DNA of 28,307 nucleotides, taken from contig CAQJOC010000005.1 in assembly GCA_948815685.1 (NCBI GenBank), positions 1 to 28,307 on the forward strand. The letters are read 5' to 3'. The first letter of the stretch is position 1. Each line of letters opens with the position of its first letter. Both the position numbers and the translations under genes were made by a program. The notes under the pieces were generated by a model. It did not search any database and was not told where the DNA came from. It worked only from the letters and a program-made list of their open reading frames with translations. Shown here piece by piece: positions 9,681 through 19,432 of this stretch. This DNA is from an uncultured Eubacteriales bacterium. Lineage in GTDB: Bacteria > Bacillota > Clostridia > Oscillospirales > Acutalibacteraceae.

Positions 9681-10088
9681 ATGTTTTTAGGAAATGTTTA
9701 TGCCATGCCGCCAAAATCTGTAGAGACTCAAAGTTTTCAGACAAATGAGGTGAAAGTATCTTATTCAGATGAAGACAGACTCGAAAAACTCAAAATTAGT
9801 ATAGAAAATTTAAAATCAACAATAACCATCAACGAAGAATCTATAGCCAAAGCTAAACAAGCCATAATTGAACATGAAAAATCTATTGATAAATTGAATA
9901 AAAAAAAGGACAAGTATTCGACCAAAAATTTCTCAAAAAAGAAAATTTCTAAAATAGAGAAAAATATAGAAATTCATAAAAAAATTATTGCTAACTTGAA
10001 ACAAACCATAGATAAAGTCAATTCAGAAAATGAAAAATGTAAAATTTCTATAAAAAACCTTAATACTGTAATTGAATATTTTAAATAA
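9681..10088 (+). CDS. Hypothetical Lys-rich coiled-coil protein (135 aa)
   Basis: GGAGG at 9669-9673 precedes ATG 9681; the 9630 start of the ORF track lies inside the promoter; heptad pattern through most of the protein. Confidence 0.75.
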   Translation: MFLGNVYAMPPKSVETQSFQTNEVKVSYSDEDRLEKLKISIENLKSTITINEESIAKAKQAIIEHEKSIDKLNKKKDKYSTKNFSKKKISKIEKNIEIHKKIIANLKQTIDKVNSENEKCKISIKNLNTVIEYFK

Positions 10089-10232
10089 TAAATCTAAAAA
10101 TTTTATTTCTTATTGCTTTTCAGTTTAATAAACAGAAATAAGCACGAGAGTGCTCTAAATGTAAAAATTGCCGAATTTAACTGAAAATATTTTTATCAGT
10201 TACTACATAAATTACGAAAACCAGAGGCATCT

Positions 10233-10288
10233 CTAAGGCGTTGTCTGAAAAATAAAATGAATAATTTATTTTTCAGACAACGCCTTAG
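10233..10288. mobile_element. Minimal MITE (two terminal repeats only), probably also the terminator between convergent genes
   Basis: 24-bp perfect inverted repeat CTAAGGCGTTGTCTGAAAAATAAA with an 8-nt spacer; shares TTGTCTGAAAAATAAA with the ends of 9324-9546. Confidence 0.7.
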
Positions 10289-10320
10289 TTTGATAAGTGC
10301 ATTGCTTATAATGTTTTTTA

Positions 10321-10605
10321 TCAAATTAGATGAGCATGTTTTGTTAACTTTTTAAAAAAATCATCATCTACATTTTCACTTACTGGGTCGCGTGGATTTG
10401 ACTTCGTACCGGAAGTTTTACGTTTATCTGATACTGTAAAGTATTCTGAGGGTAATGATGAATTTACGGTGTTGTTAGGTACAAAGTTCATAGCATAGTT
10501 ATTCTTTATACTGTTAATATCTTTATTTTTTATATAGGTGAAAAAATCGTCAGCTGATTCAACAGTTGTACCAACCATTAAAAAATTACATTCATGTGTA
10601 GCCAT
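10321..10605 (-). CDS. Hypothetical protein (94 aa)
   Basis: ATG 10605 follows a purine-rich leader (AAAGGAAAGAAGTGA) and a good promoter; no recognisable family. Confidence 0.6.
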   Translation of the reverse strand: MATHECNFLMVGTTVESADDFFTYIKNKDINSIKNNYAMNFVPNNTVNSSLPSEYFTVSDKRKTSGTKSNPRDPVSENVDDDFFKKLTKHAHLI

Positions 10606-10670
10606 AAAAATCACTTCTTTCCTTTTAAAACAAATTTATATTATGCATAAATGTCATAATATATTTACAT

Positions 10671-10699
10671 ATTATATCGCATAATGCATAAAAAATCAA
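10671..10699 (-). promoter_or_regulatory. Sigma-A-type promoter of the 94-aa ORF
   Basis: TTGATT (10699-10694), 17 nt, TATAAT (10676-10671). Confidence 0.6.
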
Positions 10700-11063
10700 T
10701 AGTATGTTGGAAAAATTTATATTAAATAATTATAATATTTCGTAACATATATATTCAAAATAATAATAATTATAAAAATTAGCTGTCACATTCTTAACTT
10801 ATGTTTTTTACTTACTGTTGTTTTTCTATTACTTTTACCTTGAGTCCGGAAACTCTTTGCATGTGATTTAAAAAGTTTTAGCTAAATATACTAGAGTTCT
10901 TACCTATAGATTGATAAAGATAAATGTCATCAAAATTCATTAATATTTATGATATTAAATCTTTAAAATTAGCTTTTTTATACACCTTTATTAGTAAATT
11001 TTAAGCTAACATTTACATAATTTTGATTCCGTCTATTTTTAAGTGAGAATTCTCTAAAAAATA

Positions 11064-11093
11064 TTGACATTTGGATGTGTTATTGTGTATAAT
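11064..11093 (+). promoter_or_regulatory. Sigma-A-type promoter of the 186-aa ORF
   Basis: TTGACA (11064-11069), 18 nt, TATAAT (11088-11093). Confidence 0.65.
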
Positions 11094-11174
11094 GCATAGT
11101 ATATCATGCATAATAAATTTATTTTCAATGTAAATGATTGAAATGTAGTAAGATAAAAAGGATGAAAATACTAT

Positions 11175-11735
11175 ATGGGAAACATACCTGATTTTGATAG
11201 AGATGTTAATGTTCAAGCAGTAGCTTCGCAATGTTTCACTAGAAAAAATTTTGAAGATTTTATTTTAAAACCATTAAAACTTTTTTATAAAAAAGATGAC
11301 AAGGGAAATAATAAAACGTTTAAAAATAGTTATGACAAAATGTACTTGGAGATTAAAGAAAAAATTAAACAATTCCCTGCAAATGAAGTTGTTGACGAAA
11401 ACGATGTTGAAAATATTCGAAAAATTTTAAATGCTTATAAGGATAAAAACTCTCCTAATAAATTGAAATATGTTCAAGAGATATCAAATATGCTTAATGC
11501 CACGAAGATAAATATTGGTAACGTGAAAAAATACCTCGAAATGACACCAAACGATTGGAATAAAGTTACGACTAGGGATATTTGCTGTTATATCCAGATG
11601 TTTTTAACTAATGATGAGATTCCTAAATTTAGGAATGCTATAATTAATGCTGTAACTGTATTAAAAGAAAACCGGGATGAATCTGAAGTAAAAAGCGAAC
11701 ATGGAGATCAGTTTATACAAAAGTACTATAAATAA
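11175..11735 (+). CDS. Hypothetical protein, possibly 3'-truncated by the IS1 remnant
   Basis: 186-aa open frame with AAGGA ribosome-binding site at about 11158-11162; last ~10 codons overlap the inferred IS end. Confidence 0.7.
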   Translation: MGNIPDFDRDVNVQAVASQCFTRKNFEDFILKPLKLFYKKDDKGNNKTFKNSYDKMYLEIKEKIKQFPANEVVDENDVENIRKILNAYKDKNSPNKLKYVQEISNMLNATKINIGNVKKYLEMTPNDWNKVTTRDICCYIQMFLTNDEIPKFRNAIINAVTVLKENRDESEVKSEHGDQFIQKYYK

Positions 11736-12152
11736 AGTTGTTGAAGAGGTGAAAAAAGATTAGAAGTATGAAAAGCTTGCTAAAGTTTAAGAGTGTTATT
11801 AATCATTTTTCAGGCTTGGAGACAACTTTGGTACGACGAGTAAAACAAGCGGGAGCATTACGGACGTTACTATTATCACGTTCAATAGCGGCAGTATGTT
11901 GTTTACCAATAATGTGCTGACTGTCAGGCAAAACTATTGCTTTCCTTGCCTTTATTTTTTCATTTGTTCTTCTGTCGCCTTCTATAAAATTATATCCACA
12001 TTCTTTGCATAAATATTTTTGCTTTCCTCTCGCTTTTCCGTTTTTTACATAGTTCTCACTTCCGCATTTTTGCATTTCTTCATTCTAATCACTCCTTTGT
12101 GATTAGTCTTGCCTCTTTTCTTATTTTTATCTATCTTTCTATTTGAACTCTC
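11703..12152 (-). mobile_element. IS1-family remnant: frameshifted, internally deleted transposase pseudogene
   Basis: InsA-type zinc ribbon (CGSENYVKNGKARGKQKYLCKECG) joined directly to an InsB C-terminal segment (HIIGKQHTAAIERDNSNVR...RRTKVVSK). True start ATG 12083 after AAAGGAG (MKKCK.., then a frameshift). Decayed C-terminus continues in another frame (MINNTLKL*QAF...). Ends are approximate. Confidence 0.85.
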
Positions 12153-12254
12153 AAATATACTGCTTCCGGACTTCTTTTATTTTATCTGGAAGTGGAATAT
12201 ATATACAGATTAATATATATATTTATAATAAAAAGGTCGTCGGAGTTGAGGGAA

Positions 12255-14924
12255 ATGGACTGGCATAATTTAAGTTATAATGATGTAATGAAAAAGTTCG
12301 GAGTTAATGAAAGTGGAATACCAAGTAGAAAAATTAAAGGACTTGGGTCTAAATATGGCAAAAATACTTTAACCCAAAAAGCTAAACCTACTTTAATTAA
12401 AAGATTTTTTGAACAGTTTTCTGATTTTATGGTTCTCATACTATTAGCAGCCTGCGGAGTTTCTTTTGTCACTGCAATTATAGATAAAGATGGAAATTAT
12501 GCCGACCCAATAATTATACTCTTTATAGTTGTATTTAATTCAATTATCGGAGCTTTGCAGGAAAGCAAAGCGGAAAAAGCAATTGATTCATTAAAAAAGC
12601 TTTCTGCACCGTATACAAAAGTAATACGCGACGGAAAACAATTAAGTATTCCTTCTGAAGATGTTTTTCCGGGAGATATTTTTGTAATTGAGGCCGGGGA
12701 TTCCGTCTGTGCCGATGCAAGAATAATAGAATCTCATGATTTAAAAGTAGAAGAATCATCCCTTACGGGGGAATCTCATGCTGTAAGAAAAGAGGCAGAA
12801 ACTATATTAGCTAAAGATACACCTGTTGCAGAAAGAAAAAATATGGTTTTTGCTTCAAGTTCAATAGTATCAGGTCATGCAAAAGTAGTAGCAGTGGAAA
12901 CAGGAATGAACACTCAGGTTGGGAAAATCGCTCACCTAATAAATGAGGGAGAAAGACCACAGACTCCCCTTCAAGAGAAACTTGCAGAAACAGGTAAAAT
13001 CTTAGGAATCGGAATAATTATTATAAGCTTTGTGATATTTATTTTAGGTATGCTTCAAGGAACGGAACCTTTAGAAATGTTTATGATAGCGATAAGTCTG
13101 GCTGTGGCGGCAATACCCGAAGGATTACCCGCTGTTGTAACGATAGTTTTAGCAATAGGCGTAAGAAAAATGGCTTCAAAAAATGCAATAGTACGAAGAC
13201 TTCCTGCTGTGGAAACTTTGGGAAGCGCAAATGTGATTTGTTCAGATAAAACGGGGACATTAACTCAAAACAAAATGACCGTTACCGAAATTAGAAGTAT
13301 AAACGGAAAAGAAAAAACAAATTCCGAAATGTCACAAGAGATTTTGGAGTACTGTGCTCTTTGCAACAATTCTGAATTAAATCAGCAAAATAAGGATTTG
13401 GCAAAAGGAGAGCCCACAGAAAATGCTCTTTTACTTGCAGCACAAAAAAATGGGAAAAATAAAAAAGAACTAGAAAAGAAATACATTCGTGTAAAGGAAA
13501 TTTCGTTTGATTCGAAAAGAAAACTTATGACTACAATACATAAATTACCTGACGGTGGATACAAAATAATTACCAAAGGAGCTCCGGATTTACTTTTAAA
13601 ACTGTGTACGCATTATAAGGTTGATGAAAAGATTTTTGCTTTAGATAAAAACGTAATAAAAAAGATAGAAAATCTAAACGAATCTATGACGTCCAAAGCA
13701 CTCAGAAGTTTAGGAGTTGCATATAAAAATAGCGAAAGAATGCCTGACGGAACTACTTTCGAATCTAATTTAATTTTTTGTGGCTTAGTTGGAATAACCG
13801 ACCCACCAAGACCTGAAGCAAAAACTGCGGTACAGGAATGTTTAAATGCCGGAATCAAACCGGTAATGATAACTGGAGACCACCCCGGAACTGCTAATGC
13901 AATTGCTTTGGAACTTGGGATATTATCCAAAGATGGTAAATCAATGAGCGGAAAAGAACTGGATAAAATGAGTCAGGAGGGACTTGAAAAGGTAATATCG
14001 GATTATTCGGTATTTTCAAGAGTGTCCCCTGAGCATAAGGTAAGAATTGTAAAAGCTTTTCAGGCAAATGGGAATATCGTCGCAATGACAGGAGATGGAG
14101 TAAACGATGCTCCTGCACTAAAAATATCTGATATAGGCTGTGCGATGGGAAAGTCCGGAACAGATGTTGCAAAATCAGCATCCGATATAATTTTAACGGA
14201 CGACAATTTTTCCACTATAGTTGAAGCAGTGAAACAAGGACGAGGGATTTTTGAAAATATTAAAAAAGCTATTCATTTTTTGCTGTCGACAAATGTAGGA
14301 GAAATAATAGCAGTATTAGCTGCATTTATTTTACATATGCCTTCACCGCTTCTTGCAATACAACTTTTATGGATAAACTTAGTAACGGATTCATTTCCGG
14401 CTCTTGCATTGGGAATTGATCCAATGGATAAAAAAATTATGCAAAAACATCCTAATAATACACAAAAAAATTTGTTTGCAGGAGGTCTATGGTATAACAT
14501 TTTAGTCGAAGGAAGTTTTATAGGTGCTATAGCCCTTTTAGCCTTTACCATAGGCCGTGTATTTTTTGATGAAAGTTCTATACCTATTATTGGAAGAACA
14601 ATGGCTTTTGCTGTACTTGGATTATCACAAATTATTCATTCATTTAACGTAAGAAGCGAGAAACCTTTAAAAGAAACGGGATTTTTTGGAAATAAGTATT
14701 TGATAGGAGCTTTTTTACTTTGCTCATTTTTGCAGATATCCGTTGTAACGGTTCCAAGCTTATGTGTATTGTTTAGGACATCAACTCTTAATTTAATGCA
14801 ATGGATTATAGTTTTGTTGCTTGCGTTGTCTCCTTTAGCGATATCTGAATTAGAAAAATATCTTATTGGTATAGGAAATACCTCGCAAAAATTATGTAGC
14901 AACAATACCTCTTTAGATTTTTAA
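12255..14924 (+). CDS. P-type IIA cation-transporting ATPase (Ca2+-type, YloB-like)
   Basis: LTGES, AIPEGLP, DKTGTLT phosphorylation site, KGAP, DPPR, MITGD, TGDGVNDAPAL, LWINLVTD; ATG 12255 after GGAG/GAGGG is the likely start. Confidence 0.95.
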   Translation: MDWHNLSYNDVMKKFGVNESGIPSRKIKGLGSKYGKNTLTQKAKPTLIKRFFEQFSDFMVLILLAACGVSFVTAIIDKDGNYADPIIILFIVVFNSIIGALQESKAEKAIDSLKKLSAPYTKVIRDGKQLSIPSEDVFPGDIFVIEAGDSVCADARIIESHDLKVEESSLTGESHAVRKEAETILAKDTPVAERKNMVFASSSIVSGHAKVVAVETGMNTQVGKIAHLINEGERPQTPLQEKLAETGKILGIGIIIISFVIFILGMLQGTEPLEMFMIAISLAVAAIPEGLPAVVTIVLAIGVRKMASKNAIVRRLPAVETLGSANVICSDKTGTLTQNKMTVTEIRSINGKEKTNSEMSQEILEYCALCNNSELNQQNKDLAKGEPTENALLLAAQKNGKNKKELEKKYIRVKEISFDSKRKLMTTIHKLPDGGYKIITKGAPDLLLKLCTHYKVDEKIFALDKNVIKKIENLNESMTSKALRSLGVAYKNSERMPDGTTFESNLIFCGLVGITDPPRPEAKTAVQECLNAGIKPVMITGDHPGTANAIALELGILSKDGKSMSGKELDKMSQEGLEKVISDYSVFSRVSPEHKVRIVKAFQANGNIVAMTGDGVNDAPALKISDIGCAMGKSGTDVAKSASDIILTDDNFSTIVEAVKQGRGIFENIKKAIHFLLSTNVGEIIAVLAAFILHMPSPLLAIQLLWINLVTDSFPALALGIDPMDKKIMQKHPNNTQKNLFAGGLWYNILVEGSFIGAIALLAFTIGRVFFDESSIPIIGRTMAFAVLGLSQIIHSFNVRSEKPLKETGFFGNKYLIGAFLLCSFLQISVVTVPSLCVLFRTSTLNLMQWIIVLLLALSPLAISELEKYLIGIGNTSQKLCSNNTSLDF

Positions 14925-15192
14925 ATAAATTATATAATAAATTCATATAAATATTTAATTTTCGATAATTTTTTATTGTTATATAACATAAAAATATACC
15001 TATAAATCTTATTTAAATTTTATAAATATCTTCTGTGAGGTGTTTCCTTAATAAAAAGACTCCCTCAAAATGGATTAGTTCAAAAAAGGTACCCTTACAA
15101 GACTTAATTTTATATAATAATAATAATAAATCGCGATTACATAACATATAATTATTAAAAACATAAATAATGAAAATTTTTTCAAAAAAGTA

Positions 15193-15221
15193 TTGACTAA
15201 TATATTTTTTAATGTTATTAT
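15193..15221 (+). promoter_or_regulatory. Promoter of the 5S rRNA gene
   Basis: TTGACT (15193-15198), 17 nt, TATTAT (15216-15221) with TG extended -10 and A/T tracts upstream. Confidence 0.75.
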
Positions 15222-15236
15222 TTATAACGTAATGAA

Positions 15237-15352
15237 GTTAGTGTTGATGACATTGAGGGTACACTCGTTCTCGTTCCGAACACGAAAGTTAAGCTCAATA
15301 GTGCCGAAAATACTTGACCGGCAGCGGTTTGGGAAAATAGGAAGATGCTAAC
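15237..15352 (+). rRNA. rrf: 5S ribosomal RNA, stand-alone
   Basis: Conserved CCGAACACGAAAGTTAAGC core, GTGCCGAAAATACT, closing helix GTTAGTGTT / GATGCTAAC; 116 nt. Confidence 0.93.
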
Positions 15353-15358
15353 ATTTAA

Positions 15359-15395
15359 AATAAGTAACAGCTGTAAAGTTGTTGCTTATTTTTTT
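15359..15395 (+). terminator. Intrinsic terminator of the 5S gene
   Basis: Stem AATAAGTAACAGCT / AGTTGTTGCTTATT with GTAA loop and a T run. Confidence 0.85.
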
Positions 15396-15770
15396 GTTAA
15401 GCTCTAAAGAGAGAGAAATTTACATTATATACTAATCGCAGTTAAAAAAGATAAAAATTGCGTTCCAATAATACGGTACTGTATAGTTCAATATGGTATG
15501 TGACCTGTGTATTTTATAATATATATATCTTTTAAACTGTAGTGACCATAAAACTGATATAAGATTATTTTAAATCGGAACAGCTATAGCTTTTGCATAT
15601 TTTCGCAGGGGTCATTCCTTTATTATTTACAAATTTGACTTTCATCTCTTTTAGCTACGACTACTATATATACTTTTAGTAGCGTCTCAACTGATTTTGC
15701 AATGTTTTTTTGAAAGTTTTTGTGATAAACTAAACTTAAACAAAATATTTTGGGAGGGAATACATTAAAA

Positions 15771-17057
15771 ATGCTTGACAGACAAACTAATCAAATATGT
15801 GAAGGTGTCAATATTTCATATATTAAAAGTCAAAAATTCAAAGTAGCCAGAGTGTCTTTTACGGTTTTTGTTCCTTTAAATAAAGAAACCGCTTCGCTGA
15901 ATGCTGTTTTATTGGCTGTACTGGAAAGAAGTTGCAAAAAATATCCCGATTTTTCCTCATTTAACAAAAAACTCGAAGAACTTTACGGTGCTAATATTTA
16001 TTCCAGTGTGGATAAGGTAGGAGATTCTCAGGCTTTAACTATATCGGCTGTGTGCATAAATGATGATTCCGCTTTTGACAAAAGCAAAGTAACTCTTAAT
16101 GTTGCCGAATTATTAAGTGAGATGATTTTTAATCCTTGCCTTGATGGAGAAAAATTCAGAGAAGAAGATGTTATTCAGGCAAAAAGGCAAATTAAGGAAA
16201 TGATACAATCTGAGCAAAATGATAAAAAATCTTATGCAAAGCTTCGTTGTACGGAGCTGATGTGTCAGGACGAAAAATTTGGAATAAATAAATACGGTAA
16301 AAAAGAAGATATAGACAAAATAACTTCCGAAAATTTATTCCAAGCTTGGAAAAACCTTTTGGAAACCGGTAAAACAGAAATTTTAATTTTAGGAAATCAT
16401 GATTATAATGCCGCTTACAAGCTGTTTTTAGAAAAATTTTCCAAAATTCAAAGAAAAAATATCCAAAAATGTGAAACATTTATTAAAGACCGGGTCGAAA
16501 ATGTAAGGGAATTTGAAGATTTTTTGGATGTTTCTCAGTGTAAACTGGTTATCGGATTTAGGGTACCGATTAAAACTGAGGAATATATATTTTCTACAGG
16601 GTTGATGTCTGCTTTATTGGGCGGGACTCCGACATCTAAACTTTTCTTAAATGTAAGGGAAACACTTAGTCTTTGCTATTATTGTTCTTCAAATTTTAAT
16701 AAAGACAAAGGCATAATGTTTATTGAAAGCGGAATTGAACAGAAAAATTTTATCAGGGCAAAGCAAGAAATATTAAAGCAACTGGAAGAAATAAAAAAAG
16801 GAAATTTCAGCGAAGAAGAACTTGATGAAACTAAAATATATTTAAGTCAAAGCTTTAAAAAGATAGAAGATAGCTTAAGTGCCATAGGCGGATGGTATAT
16901 TTGTCAGTCTTTATCGAAAAAAGTTTTTACTCCCAAGGAATATGCAAATCGTATAAACAGCGTAACAAAATCACAAATTATCGAAGCTGCAAAAAACATA
17001 CAACTTGATACAATTTATTTATTGATGGGAAAAGGGGGAAAAATCAGTGAAACTTAA
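15771..17057 (+). CDS. ymfF: M16 peptidase-family inactive subunit (YmfF-like)
   Basis: LEELYGA, LGGTPTSKLFLNVRETLSLCYY; no HxxEH motif; ATG 15771 follows GGAGG. Confidence 0.85.
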   Translation: MLDRQTNQICEGVNISYIKSQKFKVARVSFTVFVPLNKETASLNAVLLAVLERSCKKYPDFSSFNKKLEELYGANIYSSVDKVGDSQALTISAVCINDDSAFDKSKVTLNVAELLSEMIFNPCLDGEKFREEDVIQAKRQIKEMIQSEQNDKKSYAKLRCTELMCQDEKFGINKYGKKEDIDKITSENLFQAWKNLLETGKTEILILGNHDYNAAYKLFLEKFSKIQRKNIQKCETFIKDRVENVREFEDFLDVSQCKLVIGFRVPIKTEEYIFSTGLMSALLGGTPTSKLFLNVRETLSLCYYCSSNFNKDKGIMFIESGIEQKNFIRAKQEILKQLEEIKKGNFSEEELDETKIYLSQSFKKIEDSLSAIGGWYICQSLSKKVFTPKEYANRINSVTKSQIIEAAKNIQLDTIYLLMGKGGKISET

Positions 17058-18327
17058 AGAAATTTCAAGTAACCATCTAAATGAAAAATACTTTTATATG
17101 AAACATCCATCCGGACTGAATATATATTTGTATCCCAAAAAAGACTACAATTCTTCATATGCAGTATTAGGAGTCAATTATGGTTCCATAGATGCGACTT
17201 TTAAAACAAGTAATAACAAAATAATAACCGTACCTGACGGAATTGCCCATTATTTAGAGCACAAACTTTTTGAAGGAGAAAAAGGTAGTGCTTTTGACCT
17301 TTATGCAAAAACTGGAGCATCGGCAAATGCATATACTTCCTTTGACAAAACCGCATACCTGTTTTCGTGTTCGGATAAATTTCAAGAATCTTTGGAAATA
17401 CTTCTCGATTTTGTACAATCTCCTTATTTTACGGATGAAAATGTCGAAAAAGAAAGAGGAATTATTGCACAGGAAATAAAAATGTATGAAGACAGTCCCG
17501 ACTGGAGAGTATATTTTAATCTTCTTACGGCTATGTATAAAAATCATCCCATTAATTTGGATATAGCGGGGACGGTTGAATCTATTTCACGAATCACTCC
17601 GGAATATTTATATGAATGCTATAAGGCATTTTACAATTTAAATAATATGTCACTCTGCATTTCAGGTAATATAGATACAGACGATACTATGGCAATAATA
17701 GACAAGCATCTGAAATATTCGGAACCATTTTCAACTGAAAGAATAATCCCCCAAGAACCTCGGGAAGTTGTAAAAAAAGAGGTCTCTCAAAGTTTTGATA
17801 TTGGGACTTCCGTATTCCAGTTGGGATTTAAAGGAAATCTCGAAACTGCAAGAGCAAGTGAAAAAGATTTGGCGTGCACAAATATAATATTAACAGCTTT
17901 AGCCTCTAAGGCGTCACCAATGTATGCGAGACTTTTAAATTTGGGGCTTATAAACACGTCATCATTTGATTGTGAGTATATGGAGGCTCCGGGTATGGCT
18001 GCCGCAATTTTTGCCGGTGAGTCAAGCGACCCTTATAAAGCTGCTCAAGTCATAAAAGAGGAAATAGAAAAAATTCATGCAAGCGGAATAGATGAAGAAA
18101 CATTAAATTGGACTAAAAAATCTTTATATGGAGAAAACATAGGAGGATTTAACAGTGTAAACGGAATTGCCAACAGTTTACTTGATTTTTCTTTTGCCGA
18201 AAGAGAAATCTTTAAATATATGGATTGTATATTTAAGGTAAGTTTAGATGAGGTTAATGCAAAACTGAAGGAAATTCTTGACGTTGAAGCTTCTTCTCTG
18301 TCGGTAGTGAAACCAAATGAAAAGTAA
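17047..18327 (+). CDS. ymfH: M16 zinc peptidase (YmfH-like)
   Basis: PDGIAHYLEHKLFE (HxxEH), ANAYTSFDKT, EKERGIIAQEI; overlaps ymfF. Confidence 0.88.
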   Translation: MKLKEISSNHLNEKYFYMKHPSGLNIYLYPKKDYNSSYAVLGVNYGSIDATFKTSNNKIITVPDGIAHYLEHKLFEGEKGSAFDLYAKTGASANAYTSFDKTAYLFSCSDKFQESLEILLDFVQSPYFTDENVEKERGIIAQEIKMYEDSPDWRVYFNLLTAMYKNHPINLDIAGTVESISRITPEYLYECYKAFYNLNNMSLCISGNIDTDDTMAIIDKHLKYSEPFSTERIIPQEPREVVKKEVSQSFDIGTSVFQLGFKGNLETARASEKDLACTNIILTALASKASPMYARLLNLGLINTSSFDCEYMEAPGMAAAIFAGESSDPYKAAQVIKEEIEKIHASGIDEETLNWTKKSLYGENIGGFNSVNGIANSLLDFSFAEREIFKYMDCIFKVSLDEVNAKLKEILDVEASSLSVVKPNEK

Positions 18328-19168
18328 TTTATATCATGTGTCGTTTCCTTATCTCGGAATAAATGTAAATATAAATCCGATTGCTTTTGCAATCGGACCG
18401 ATGCGGGTGCGTTGGTATGGAATAATTTTAGCGACGGGATTTTTAACGGCTTTTATATATGTATATCTTAGAGCCGATAGATTTAAAGTAAATAGAGAAG
18501 ATTTGACCAACGTTATAATTTTTGGAACAATGTGCGGAATTTTGGGAGCCAGATTATATTATGTGGTGTTTTATCCGGATAATTTTTACAAATTAAACCC
18601 TCAAAAGATTTTTAACATCTATGAAGGTGGTATGGCTATCTACGGAGGAATAATAGCCGGACTTTTAGGCGGGATAATAGTTTCCAAATTGAAACGAGTT
18701 AAAATTTTATCCGCACTGGATTTGTGTTCATTGGGACTATTCCTTGGACAAGCTATAGGAAGATGGGGAAATTTTTTTAATCAAGAAGCATTTGGAAACG
18801 AAACAAAGCTTCCTTGGGGCATGTCAAGCGAGGCTACAAAAAACATTACAGTACATCCTTGTTTTTTATATGAATCCCTGTGGTGCATTTTAGGCTTTGC
18901 GATTTTGCACATTTTAAGTAATAGTAAACGCCTGCAAGAAGGCACATATTTTATCTCTTACATTTTATGGTATGGAATTGGCAGAGCCTTTATTGAAAGT
19001 TTTAGAACGGATAGTTTAATGATTATTAATGCGAAAGTATCTCAACTTTTTTCGTTAATTTTGGTATTTGTCTCGATTTGTATTATTATTTTCAAACATA
19101 TAAAAGTAAAGAACTTAAGAATGGCAATTAATAAATTTAAAAATATCATCAAACATAAAAAAGGATAG
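18317..19168 (+). CDS. lgt: Prolipoprotein diacylglyceryl transferase
   Basis: RWYG, GARLYYV, GGMAIYGG, GRWGNFFNQE, HPCFLYES, ESFRTD. Confidence 0.97.
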   Translation: MKSNLYHVSFPYLGINVNINPIAFAIGPMRVRWYGIILATGFLTAFIYVYLRADRFKVNREDLTNVIIFGTMCGILGARLYYVVFYPDNFYKLNPQKIFNIYEGGMAIYGGIIAGLLGGIIVSKLKRVKILSALDLCSLGLFLGQAIGRWGNFFNQEAFGNETKLPWGMSSEATKNITVHPCFLYESLWCILGFAILHILSNSKRLQEGTYFISYILWYGIGRAFIESFRTDSLMIINAKVSQLFSLILVFVSICIIIFKHIKVKNLRMAINKFKNIIKHKKG

Positions 19169-19314
19169 TTATGAAAATAAAAAAGTACAAGCTAATCAAT
19201 AGCAATGCGATTAAGGATTATAAAATTAAAATATGAAAAACGATTTGGACTATAAAAAACTAACTTGAAAACTAAACTAATATTTCACTGAAAAAAGTGG
19301 ACAAGTCTGTCTTC

Positions 19315-19426
19315 CCGGGCTGTTATCAGGGCCTTTTAGGGTGAATTTTAAAATGAGGGAATTCCACGTTTGCTTTCTCATTGGACGTTTTTGGTTACTT
19401 TTCTGTCACCTGATAAAAATGAACAG
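19315..19426 (+). repeat. Degenerate copy B of the three-hairpin element found in the metG leader
   Basis: Colinear blocks CCGGGC, TTTAGGG, GAGGGAAT, TTGGACGTTTTT, GTTACTTTT, TGTC, GAACA shared with the reverse complement of 5884-5983. Confidence 0.65.
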
Positions 19427-19432
19427 AGGAAA

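Noticed and set aside
10141..10175. GAGAGTGCTCTAAAT as an isolated IS1 end, or AGCAC-GAGA-GTGCT hairpin
   Set aside because: No partner end or transposase sequence; the 5-bp stem is unremarkable
19171..19236. 21-aa ORF after lgt, faintly like a FolD N-terminus
   Set aside because: Too short and AT-rich to distinguish from chance
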